Shown here: positions 9,030 through 17,284 of the stretch, piece after piece
Numbering within the stretch: position 1 is the first letter of the stretch
Layout: each line of letters opens with the position of its first letter
NCBI GenBank assembly: GCA_002441245.1
Contig: DJVP01000008.1
Span: 12,593 to 76,592 of the forward strand
Reading direction: 5' to 3'
Source of the DNA: Candidatus Omnitrophica bacterium UBA6253
GTDB taxonomy: Bacteria; Omnitrophota; Gorgyraeia; Gygaellales; Profunditerraquicolaceae
DNA: 64,000 bases
Position numbers and translations under genes: made by a program
The notes under the pieces: model-generated
Told to the model about the DNA's origin: nothing
Database searches by the model: none
What the model saw: only the letters and a program-made list of their open reading frames with translations

Positions 9030-9545
9030 CTAAATCTCCTTGAGCAACGTATTAAGAAATTCCGATTCTGCCTGAAGCAGGCAAAGGTTGTGTTTCAGTA
9101 TGCGCAATAATGAAATTGAATTCTTCAGCTTCCTGGTTTTAAGTGTTTCTTCTATACTAGAGGATATCTTCTTTAATATCGTAAGCCTAGCAGCCAGGCG
9201 CCGACGGCTTAAAGCAGGTTTTAGATAATCCAGGAAATATAAACTTAGGTCTAAGCTGAATTGCGGACGTTTAAAGTTAAGCAGGCTTTTATTCAACAAT
9301 TCATCAAAGCGGTCTTTGCCTTTTTTGGTAAGGCGATAAACAAACCGCTCCGGCCTCTTGCCTTCTTTGCCGGCATGTTTATCAAGCAGGCCTTTTTTCT
9401 CTAAGACTTTCAATGGATAATATATGGATTTTAAATCAACCCCGGCAAAAAGAGAAAGGATTTGGCGTATCTTGATCTTAATTTCATAACCATGCCTGGG
9501 GCTTTGACGCAATAAACCTAATAATAAAAACTCCTGCTCAATCAT
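9030..9545 (-). CDS. PadR-family transcriptional regulator
   Basis: 171 aa. The N-terminal winged-helix stretch LLLGLLRQSPRHGYEIKIKIRQ...YYPLKVLEKKGLL is PadR-like. Confidence 0.85.
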   Translation of the reverse strand: MIEQEFLLLGLLRQSPRHGYEIKIKIRQILSLFAGVDLKSIYYPLKVLEKKGLLDKHAGKEGKRPERFVYRLTKKGKDRFDELLNKSLLNFKRPQFSLDLSLYFLDYLKPALSRRRLAARLTILKKISSSIEETLKTRKLKNSISLLRILKHNLCLLQAESEFLNTLLKEI

Positions 9546-10489
9546 CCGGTAATACCTATATCCCTGAATTTCTTATACCTTAATTTAAGCAATTCATCGC
9601 CATCAAGGCCTTCCAGTTCTTTTAAATTTCTTATGATCGCCTCTTTTACGTTCTGGGTTATTTTTGCAGGATCACGATGCGCCCCGCCTAACGGCTCAGG
9701 AATTACTTCGTCAATAATCCCCATATTTAATAAATCTGGACCGGTTAGCTTTAAAACTTCAGCTGCCTGGGGCGCCTTTGCACCATCCTTCCAAAGGATT
9801 GCCGCACAGCCCTCCGGAGAAATCACTGAATAATATGAGTTTTCCAAAACTGCTACACGATCTGCCACTCCCACGCCAAGGGCGCCTCCGGAGCCCCCCT
9901 CTCCAATAACAATTACCATAATCGGAACTCTAATACACATCATTTCCCGCAAATTAAGCGCGATTGCATGTGATTGCCCGCGTTCCTCTGCGCCAATACC
10001 GGGATAAGCTCCCGGCGTATCAATAAAAACTACAACCGGTAATTGAAACTCTTCGGCCAGCTGCATAACACGCAGCGCCTTACGGTAACCTTCGGGATGC
10101 GCACAACCAAAATTACGCTTAAGGTTTTCTTTGGTATCGCGGCCTTTTTGATGGCCTATAACCACAACCTTCCTTTTATCGATCTTAGCCAGGCCACAAA
10201 CCATTGCCTTATCATCGCTAAAAAGACGGTCACCATGCAGCTCCATAAAATCCGACATAATCATATTTATGTAATCCAGGGTATAGGGCCGCAGAGGATG
10301 CCGGGCAAGCTGTACCTTCTGCCAGGCAGTAAGATTGCTATAGGTATCTTTTCTTAAATGCTCCAGCCTTTCTTCGAGTTTCTTGACTTCAGAGGATAGA
10401 TCAATTTTCTTCTCGGAGATAAAGGTTTTAAGCTCCTGGATCTTTTTCTCTAACTCAATAATGGGTTTTTCAAAATCTAGTCCGGCCAT
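9542..10489 (-). CDS. accA: Acetyl-CoA carboxylase carboxyltransferase alpha subunit
   Basis: 315 aa. N-terminal LDFEKPIIELEKKIQELK, the carboxyltransferase fold GGSGGALGVGVADRV, and a C-terminus typical of AccA. Confidence 0.9.
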   Translation of the reverse strand: MAGLDFEKPIIELEKKIQELKTFISEKKIDLSSEVKKLEERLEHLRKDTYSNLTAWQKVQLARHPLRPYTLDYINMIMSDFMELHGDRLFSDDKAMVCGLAKIDKRKVVVIGHQKGRDTKENLKRNFGCAHPEGYRKALRVMQLAEEFQLPVVVFIDTPGAYPGIGAEERGQSHAIALNLREMMCIRVPIMVIVIGEGGSGGALGVGVADRVAVLENSYYSVISPEGCAAILWKDGAKAPQAAEVLKLTGPDLLNMGIIDEVIPEPLGGAHRDPAKITQNVKEAIIRNLKELEGLDGDELLKLRYKKFRDIGITG

Positions 10490-10494
10490 AAGAA

Positions 10495-11307
10495 TTATTC
10501 GACTATCGTAACCTCTGTTCCTGTGGGAATAATATTATAAAGTTCCTCTACATCTGAGTTACTCAAACGAACACAGCCCTGAGTCACCTGCTTTCCTAAT
10601 TCTTTAGGCTCTATGGTACCATGGATTCCGTATCCAGCCAGGTCAAATCCCATCCAACGCGTACCCAGCACATTCTCCGGGCTTCCCGCAGGCACTACTG
10701 CCCCAGCTCTAAACCAGGTAGGATTAGCAAGCTTATTAATAATCTTGAATACGCCTACGGGAGTGCAACTATCTTTCCCTGTAGATACAACATAAGTCTT
10801 TATCACCTCTTCGTCACTTTTAAGCAACATGATATTTTGGGATTTATCTACCAGTATGCTGAAAGGTGCATTCCATATCTTTATTTTACGCCCGGGGATT
10901 ATCAGCGAATCGCTGATATTATTGCTTTTCATAATAAGCTCAGGGGTAGTTTTATGTTCACGGGCGATCTTATTAAGGGTATCCCCAGATTTTATCTGAT
11001 AGATTATGCTCTTGGGGGTAATTGCCGGAGAGAATAACAATTTAATGTTTATCTCCTCCGACTTCTTTTGCCAAAGAGCTACCTCGGGGGACTCCGTAAA
11101 GTCATTCACTAATTTTTGATATATCGACTTGGCCTCGAGTAACTCACCTTTAGCCTCAAACTGCCGCGCCTGGTTAAGTAAATTATGAACGGACGGACGA
11201 TTACTTGCCAGCTTAATTATGTCTGCGGGCCTTTTCAATATCAGGACAATAAAAATACCCGCTATCGCTATTGCTGCCAGAATTACAATTAAGAATTTCT
11301 TATTCAC
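10495..11307 (-). CDS. LysM-domain L,D-transpeptidase (YkuD family)
   Basis: 270 aa with an N-terminal membrane anchor. The LysM segment is YQIKSGDTLNKIAREHK. The catalytic stretch is GIHGTIEPKELGKQVTQGCVRL, with the His and Cys of YkuD. Confidence 0.8.
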   Translation of the reverse strand: MNKKFLIVILAAIAIAGIFIVLILKRPADIIKLASNRPSVHNLLNQARQFEAKGELLEAKSIYQKLVNDFTESPEVALWQKKSEEINIKLLFSPAITPKSIIYQIKSGDTLNKIAREHKTTPELIMKSNNISDSLIIPGRKIKIWNAPFSILVDKSQNIMLLKSDEEVIKTYVVSTGKDSCTPVGVFKIINKLANPTWFRAGAVVPAGSPENVLGTRWMGFDLAGYGIHGTIEPKELGKQVTQGCVRLSNSDVEELYNIIPTGTEVTIVE

Positions 11308-11320
11308 CTAGGCCTCCGTT

Positions 11321-11779
11321 TTATCTCTGCCCTGACCAGGATACCAGGGCAATAACAATACCTAAAAACAACCCCATGATAACTTCTACGGGTGTATGCC
11401 CAATGAGCTCGCGCAGGCGCATCTCCTGAATCTTGCCCTGCCAATAAATATCATCCATAATCTTATTTAGGATACCTGCTTGTTTGCCTGTAGAGCGGCG
11501 GACGCCTTGGGCATCAAACATAACCACAATGGCAAACGCAAAGGCTAAAGCAAAATATACGCTGTCAAAACCGCAATCCATCCCTATGCTCATTGCTAAG
11601 CATGAAGCCCCTGCTGCATGCGCGGACGGCATACCGCCGCTGCCTATAAACAGACGAAAATCAAATTTCTTTTTACGCAATACCCCAATGCCCACCTTAA
11701 TCGTCTGAGCAATCAGCCAGGCAGAAATAGTGGTCATCAGAATCTTGTTCCTGTATATTTCTACAAAAAAATCTTTCAT
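11321..11779 (-). CDS. Divergent PAP2-family membrane protein (DUF212)
   Basis: 152 aa. SGGMPSAHAAGASCLAMSIG is characteristic of the 'divergent PAP2' family. Confidence 0.7.
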   Translation of the reverse strand: MKDFFVEIYRNKILMTTISAWLIAQTIKVGIGVLRKKKFDFRLFIGSGGMPSAHAAGASCLAMSIGMDCGFDSVYFALAFAFAIVVMFDAQGVRRSTGKQAGILNKIMDDIYWQGKIQEMRLRELIGHTPVEVIMGLFLGIVIALVSWSGQR

Positions 11780-12357
11780 TATTCCTTGGTTTGAGCCGGA
11801 ACCACTTCAATTTTAATCTTTTCCTGGATAACCGGCTGGCCATTTCTTATCAAAAACCCGTGGTTTCCTTCAGTTAGCGATGCGCGAACTTTGCGTTTTG
11901 CGGCCCTTAATTCCCTTATTGCTTTCTTGAGCTCAACAACGGAGCTTAATTTGGCCTTAAATTGTTCATTTTCCGCATAAATACGCTTATGCTGGTCTAT
12001 TAAAACCTTATTCTCGGCCTTTAATATAGAAAATTTGGCGCTTGTGTTATCAAGATTGCCCTGTATTCTAGCCTTATCCTGAAAAAGGCGCGCAATCTTA
12101 TTCTTACTTGCCTTTAAATAATTCAAGAGTCCGGAGTTTTTTAACGCCAGGCGCTCTTTTAGTTCTTTTTCCTTCCCCAATTCCTGCAATAAGTTTTGTT
12201 TCTCTTTTACTAATACAGCAACCTCATCTTGCGCTTTGGTTAGGCTATCTTGAAGCCTGCACCTTGCCTTTAATTCACTTAGGTACCTGACCATGCTAAA
12301 AACAGTGATACTTAACAACAAAATGGTCAATATGTTCTTAACAGCACCTTTACTCAT
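11779..12357 (-). CDS. Membrane-anchored coiled-coil protein, hypothetical
   Basis: 192 aa. An N-terminal TM helix is followed by long heptad-like K/E/L-rich sequence. Confidence 0.4.
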   Translation of the reverse strand: MSKGAVKNILTILLLSITVFSMVRYLSELKARCRLQDSLTKAQDEVAVLVKEKQNLLQELGKEKELKERLALKNSGLLNYLKASKNKIARLFQDKARIQGNLDNTSAKFSILKAENKVLIDQHKRIYAENEQFKAKLSSVVELKKAIRELRAAKRKVRASLTEGNHGFLIRNGQPVIQEKIKIEVVPAQTKE

Positions 12358-12603
12358 AGGGTTATATTATATAATCTGCCGACTAAAAAGCAAGCACTTT
12401 ATAGCCTTATCTAGCGCAGTCTTTGTAATGGTTAGCGAACATAGGCAAGCTATTTTCTCCTAAAAACAAGTTAGATTATTCAGTATCAAACGTCTATAGT
12501 CTTAGGTTAGATAACCATGGCATGGCTTCCGATAGCCTACTAAGCCACAGGCCGGAGGGCCGTGGTTCGGTATCTGATAGCCTAAGCCAAAAACGGAGGA
12601 AAG

Positions 12604-14133
12604 ATGATCTCAAAAACTAACAGCTTTGGCCTTATTGGTTTAGAGGCTTATCCGGTTGAAATAGAGATTGATGTATCCAAAGGCCTTCCGGCAGTAACCC
12701 TGGTTGGACTAACAGATACAGCCATCAAAGAAAGCAAGGAAAGAGTACGCTCGGCAATCAAAAACTCAGGATTTCAATGGCCCACACAAAGAATAACTGT
12801 AAACCTGGCCCCTTCTGACATCAAAAAAGAGGGGGCCTGTTTTGACCTAGCCATTGCTCTGGGAATCCTGGCTTCAACCGGGCAGATTAACGGGGACCTT
12901 CTTAAAAACTATATTTTCTTAGGAGAATTATCCCTGGATGGGCAAATTAGGCCGGTGCGCGGAATATTAGCCATTAGCTTAGCCATGGCCAATTCACCTG
13001 TTAAAAATCTCGTACTTCCGGCAGAAAATGCCAAAGAAGCCGGGATAGTTCCTAATTTATCCGGTTGGCCGCAAAATAATCTAAAGGAAACGGTACAGTT
13101 CCTAACAGACCTCCTGCCTAGGCAGCCTTTTAAGGCTACTCCGGAACAAACGCTAAGGATCAATACAAATTATGCTTTGGATTTCTCTGAAGTCAAAGGT
13201 CAATACTTTGCTAAAAGGGCGCTTGAAGTAGCTGTTTCAGGAGGACACAATATTGTTTTAATCGGCCCTCCTGGCAGCGGGAAGACTATGCTCGCAAAAA
13301 GAATTCCTACGATCATGCCCAGTTTGACTTTAGACGAAGCCCTGGAGATAACCAAAATCCACTCTGCAGCTGGCACATTATTGAACAAGGATGGATTTAT
13401 GGGAACCAGGCCATTCCGCTCTCCGCATCATAGTATTTCAGATATCGCTTTAATCGGCGGCGGCAGCATACCTAAGCCAGGAGAAATAAGTTTAGCGCAT
13501 TACGGGGTCTTATTCCTGGATGAACTACCGGAGTTTAGCCGTAAAGCCCTTGAAACACTAAGACAGCCCTTGGAAGATAACTTAATTTGTATCAGCCGCA
13601 TAAAACGCACGCTAATCTTCCCTGCTTGCTTTATTTTAGCCGCCGCGCTCAACCCCTGCCCCTGTGGAAATTATTTTAACCAGCGAGAAACCTGTCATTG
13701 CCATCCCACGAAAATCAAAAATTACCTGGGTAAAATTTCCGGCCCCCTGCTTGACAGAATCGATATACACATCGTGGTCCCGCAGATAAAATACCATGAA
13801 TTATCAAATGTAAAAGAAGCAGAATCCTCGGAAACAATCAGGCGGCGCGTAGAGAACGCACGGGCAATACAACATAAAAGATTCAAATCTGCGGGGATAT
13901 TCTGTAATTCCCAGATGCCTAACAAACTAATCAAAGAATACTGTTTTTTAGACAAGCAGGCACAAGAATTACTGCGCATGGCCATATCAGAACTAGGGCT
14001 CTCGGCAAGGGCTTATGATAAAATCTTAAAAGTAGCAAGGACAATCGCAGATTTAGATCAAAAAGAAGTCATTTCTCAAGAGCATATCGCGGAGGCAGTA
14101 CAATACAGATCCCTGGATAAAAAACAAATTTAG
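12604..14133 (+). CDS. comM: YifB/ComM-family Mg-chelatase-like AAA+ ATPase
   Basis: 509 aa. Lon-like N-terminal domain, Walker A GPPGSGKTM, and the Zn-finger-like CPCGNYFNQRETCHCH typical of ComM/YifB. Confidence 0.9.
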   Translation: MISKTNSFGLIGLEAYPVEIEIDVSKGLPAVTLVGLTDTAIKESKERVRSAIKNSGFQWPTQRITVNLAPSDIKKEGACFDLAIALGILASTGQINGDLLKNYIFLGELSLDGQIRPVRGILAISLAMANSPVKNLVLPAENAKEAGIVPNLSGWPQNNLKETVQFLTDLLPRQPFKATPEQTLRINTNYALDFSEVKGQYFAKRALEVAVSGGHNIVLIGPPGSGKTMLAKRIPTIMPSLTLDEALEITKIHSAAGTLLNKDGFMGTRPFRSPHHSISDIALIGGGSIPKPGEISLAHYGVLFLDELPEFSRKALETLRQPLEDNLICISRIKRTLIFPACFILAAALNPCPCGNYFNQRETCHCHPTKIKNYLGKISGPLLDRIDIHIVVPQIKYHELSNVKEAESSETIRRRVENARAIQHKRFKSAGIFCNSQMPNKLIKEYCFLDKQAQELLRMAISELGLSARAYDKILKVARTIADLDQKEVISQEHIAEAVQYRSLDKKQI

Positions 14134-14136
14134 CTG

Positions 14137-15405
14137 TTATTTGGAAAATGCTTCCGTCAATATAACATTGGCGATATTTTCAGCCAAAAGCGCGTTACCC
14201 TTTTTTGTACAATGGCCAAAATCACCCCCAGACATATCCAGAAATAATTCTCCAAATCCCTCTTTCTTAACAGCCTCTTTAAATACTCTCTCGTTATCTA
14301 CAAAAATAACCCCCTTTTCGTCATTTTCAAATATCTTCCTTAAGGGGCCTAAACTACGCATGGGATACTGTACACAAACTAACCTTATTCCCCTCCTGCT
14401 TAGTATCTCTTTAAATTTACGATAGCTGTTGACTGTAACGGGGTTATAATATCCCAATCTCGGACCATTTGCTGCATTACCAGTATATCCTTTTGCCAAT
14501 TCTGGCTCACCCATTTCTTCATACAATACTGACATTGCCCCATATGCACGGTAATTTTCAGGATATAAACTTATGATTTTCTTAAATAATTCTTCAGCTT
14601 TGGAGTATTCCCCCTGAACCCGGTAAATCCATCCTAACCCAATGTACGCGAAATTATTTCCTGGATTTAGTTCTATGGCCTTCTTGAATAATTCTTCAGC
14701 CTGTGGATATTTGCCCTGGGTTTGATAAAGGTGCCCTAACCCGCTATACGCATCATCATTTTTGGGATTTAGTTCTATGGCCTTCTTGAATAATTCTTCA
14801 GCCTGTGGATATTTGCCCTGGGTTTGATAAAGGCGTCCTAATTTAAGATAGTTATTGTCATTTTCTGGTTTTAGCAATGCCAGTCCATATATATCTTGCT
14901 TCTTTAGCTTCTTTATAATACGCATATACAAAAGCCTCATCAATCTATAGATCCTCCAATGCCGGAATACAGTAGCATTAACTTCGGGTATGCCTTTATA
15001 GTATTTTATCCCCATGTCATTATTGCCTGCCATCACAATCACCATATTGGGTTTGTAGGTATCGAGGTTTTGTTGCAGCTGCGAAAGTATCACCACGGTA
15101 TTTATTCCTACGATACCCTTATCTATCACACTGAATCTTATACCGACATTGCGCTTGTTTAGGATATCTTCCAAAGGCCCTGGATATTGCCCAGCCGTAG
15201 TTGATTCACCCAAACACATAATACGATAAACACCGTTTTGTTTTATAGCTTGCACATTCCTATATTCTTGCCTATATAATAAAATAAGCCCTCCCAGGCG
15301 TATTCCTATTTCTAACAATATTATAGAAAAGAATAATCCGCATATTATAACTGCTATCTTTTTTTGTAAAGACGCTCTGGTTTTGTAAATATTATTGTGG
15401 TGCAT
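14137..15405 (-). CDS. Membrane-anchored SGNH/GDSL hydrolase with embedded TPR repeats
   Basis: 422 aa. SGNH block I is CLGESTTAG, block III is GNND and block V is DFGH. About five TPR units sit between blocks III and V. Confidence 0.6.
   Translation of the reverse strand: MHHNNIYKTRASLQKKIAVIICGLFFSIILLEIGIRLGGLILLYRQEYRNVQAIKQNGVYRIMCLGESTTAGQYPGPLEDILNKRNVGIRFSVIDKGIVGINTVVILSQLQQNLDTYKPNMVIVMAGNNDMGIKYYKGIPEVNATVFRHWRIYRLMRLLYMRIIKKLKKQDIYGLALLKPENDNNYLKLGRLYQTQGKYPQAEELFKKAIELNPKNDDAYSGLGHLYQTQGKYPQAEELFKKAIELNPGNNFAYIGLGWIYRVQGEYSKAEELFKKIISLYPENYRAYGAMSVLYEEMGEPELAKGYTGNAANGPRLGYYNPVTVNSYRKFKEILSRRGIRLVCVQYPMRSLGPLRKIFENDEKGVIFVDNERVFKEAVKKEGFGELFLDMSGGDFGHCTKKGNALLAENIANVILTEAFSK
14665..14832. 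repeat. Exact tandem duplication, one TPR unit of the SGNH/TPR gene
   Basis: The 67-nt string gatttagttctatggccttcttgaataattcttcagcctgtggatatttgccctgggtttgataaagg occurs twice with a 101-nt period. It encodes LGHLYQTQGKYPQAEELFKKAIELNP twice. Confidence 0.85.
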
Positions 15406-15489
15406 AAGTAATTCGATTATACCACTTCCATCACAAAGTAGTAGGGCTTTATAGCAAAACAGCTGCTAATGTTCACTTATATATTGTTT

Positions 15490-15575
15490 TAGGTTTACAG
15501 TAAAGGAATTATTTCTCAAAGGCAAATTGCGGAGGCAGTTTAATACAAATTCCCGGCAATAAAGATTATTTTGTA
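15490..15575 (+). repeat. Decayed copy of the comM 3' end
   Basis: atttctcaaaggcaaattgcggaggcagtttaatacaaattcccggcaataaagattatttt aligns at about 75% identity to comM 14071-14133 (atttctcaagagcatatcgcggaggcagtacaatacagatccctggataaaaaacaaattt). It translates in frame to ISQRQIAEAV* versus ISQEHIAEAVQYRSLDKKQI*. Confidence 0.6.
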
Positions 15576-16627
15576 ACAACTTCAATGTTTATGCTTGTGC
15601 TGGCAGTCTGGCCTTTTTCGTCTTTTACCGTAAGCGTGGCGGTAAAAATACGGCTGCCGTAAGTAGTACTCCAGTAAGTATTAGCCGGATTCTTTTTCGT
15701 AGAGGTATCGCCGTCGCCAAAATCCCAGGAGTAAGAAACTATTCTTCCGGCCGGAGAACTGGATTTAACGCCATTAAAATTTACCTGGAGCGGGGAAAAT
15801 CCTTTAGTTGGCTTAGCAAGAACCACTGCATGCGGCGGCTCAAGCTTTACCAGTTCAACAACAGGCAACACCTTCTTTTCCTCTGCAACTATTTGTCTTT
15901 CCGGCTCAGGGCTTAATACTTTTTGAACCTTTTCAGGTTCAATAGAAGCTACTGGAGCCTGCTCAACAACAGGAGCTGCTGGAATCCCTGCGACAGGTGC
16001 CGTAACTACATTAACATCCCCTACAACTATTTGTTTTGCCGGTTCAATATTTACCGGCTGGACTTTTTCAGGCTCAATAGGAACTGTGGCAGAAGTAGGC
16101 TGCGCAACAACAGGAGCTATTGCTTCCGGGACAGGGGGCCCTTTTCGCGCAGTTTCTTTTTCCAAATCTTCGTCTATATAAGCCTTGAGTTTGGCCTTTA
16201 AATCATTTACCCTGGATTTTTCCAGCTCATCCTTTTGCTCATCGAGCCGGTCAGCTTTCTCCTTGTATTGAGGATTACGGTTATATTTATAATCCGCAAC
16301 AGCAACAAACGGCCAACGTAAAATTCCCCCTATAAAATCTACAGCCATTGCCGGAGGATCCCAAAAAAGCTCTTTAAAACGGGCTTCTATCTGGCCCATT
16401 TTCTTATAATAATATTCAACTGTAGCGCGCCTTCGGTTAAAACGCTCTTTTGCCAGGGCAAGTTCAGGCACAGAGTTGCCTTGTCCAATCGTATATTCCG
16501 GAATCTGCTTGCCATCGTAGAATACTACATATCCTTTATCATAGGGAGAAGCTCCTTTCTGAAATTTATAAGTAGCGCACCCGGATAATAAAAGAGATAA
16601 AACCAATAACAACCCTATCCTTCTCAC
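15566..16627 (-). CDS. Lipoprotein with a Pro/Ala/Val-rich repeat region and a C-terminal PKD domain
   Basis: 353 aa. Lipobox LLLSGC after the signal peptide. The repeat region reads PEKVQPVNIEPAKQ...IEPEKVQKV. The C-terminus VSYSWDFGDGDTS...TATLTVKDEKG is PKD-like. Confidence 0.65.
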   Translation of the reverse strand: MRRIGLLLVLSLLLSGCATYKFQKGASPYDKGYVVFYDGKQIPEYTIGQGNSVPELALAKERFNRRRATVEYYYKKMGQIEARFKELFWDPPAMAVDFIGGILRWPFVAVADYKYNRNPQYKEKADRLDEQKDELEKSRVNDLKAKLKAYIDEDLEKETARKGPPVPEAIAPVVAQPTSATVPIEPEKVQPVNIEPAKQIVVGDVNVVTAPVAGIPAAPVVEQAPVASIEPEKVQKVLSPEPERQIVAEEKKVLPVVELVKLEPPHAVVLAKPTKGFSPLQVNFNGVKSSSPAGRIVSYSWDFGDGDTSTKKNPANTYWSTTYGSRIFTATLTVKDEKGQTASTSINIEVVTK

Positions 16628-16645
16628 CTTATTTGCTCCTTTTAT

Positions 16646-17206
16646 CTAATCCCGCTTCATTAAAGCTAATGCCTCAGAGCGGGTCTTTTGGTTCTCTTTA
16701 AAGATACCCCGTACAGCACTGGTTACTGTCATTACCCCAGGCTTCCTTACGCCGCGCATAGACATACAAAGATGCTCAGCCTCAATTACCACCATTACCC
16801 CTAAAGGATTTAATTTTCCCATAATAATCTCGGCAATCTGAGTAGTCAGGCGCTCCTGAACCTGCGGCCGGCGGCTCAATATATCAACCACCCGGGCAAG
16901 CTTACTTAAACCCGTGACCCTGCCATTCTTGGGAATATAAGCGATATTTACCCTGCCGGTAAAAGGCAAAAGGTGGTGTTCGCAGACAGAATATAAGGGG
17001 ATCCCGCGTAACAATATAATTTCATGGTGCTTTTGCTCAAGTATAACCTCCAACTCTTTTTCCGGATCCTGCTTTATTCCGGAAAATATCTCTTCATACA
17101 TATCGGCAACCCGGCTCGGAGTCTCCAACAAATCTTTTCTTTTGGGATTCTCGCCAATGGCTTCCAATATCTGGCGGACCGCTTTTTCAATTTTAATTTT
17201 ATTCAT
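16646..17206 (-). CDS. folE: GTP cyclohydrolase I
   Basis: 186 aa. Has the [11 protein letters not shown] and HLCMSMRGV motifs of FolE. Confidence 0.9.
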   Translation of the reverse strand: MNKIKIEKAVRQILEAIGENPKRKDLLETPSRVADMYEEIFSGIKQDPEKELEVILEQKHHEIILLRGIPLYSVCEHHLLPFTGRVNIAYIPKNGRVTGLSKLARVVDILSRRPQVQERLTTQIAEIIMGKLNPLGVMVVIEAEHLCMSMRGVRKPGVMTVTSAVRGIFKENQKTRSEALALMKRD

Positions 17207-17284
17207 TTCTTTCTCTAATCCTTATTTTTACAAACCAGCTATAGGGGTTATTATCTAATGAAAACCAGCTTTCTGCAATAGGTT

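Noticed and set aside
8990-9030. Short inverted repeats (ctttc...gaaag, gcctg...caggc) near the PadR stop, as a possible terminator
   Set aside because: The stems are weak and there is no U-tract on the transcribed strand. The palindrome at 8881-8902 is a far stronger regulatory candidate.
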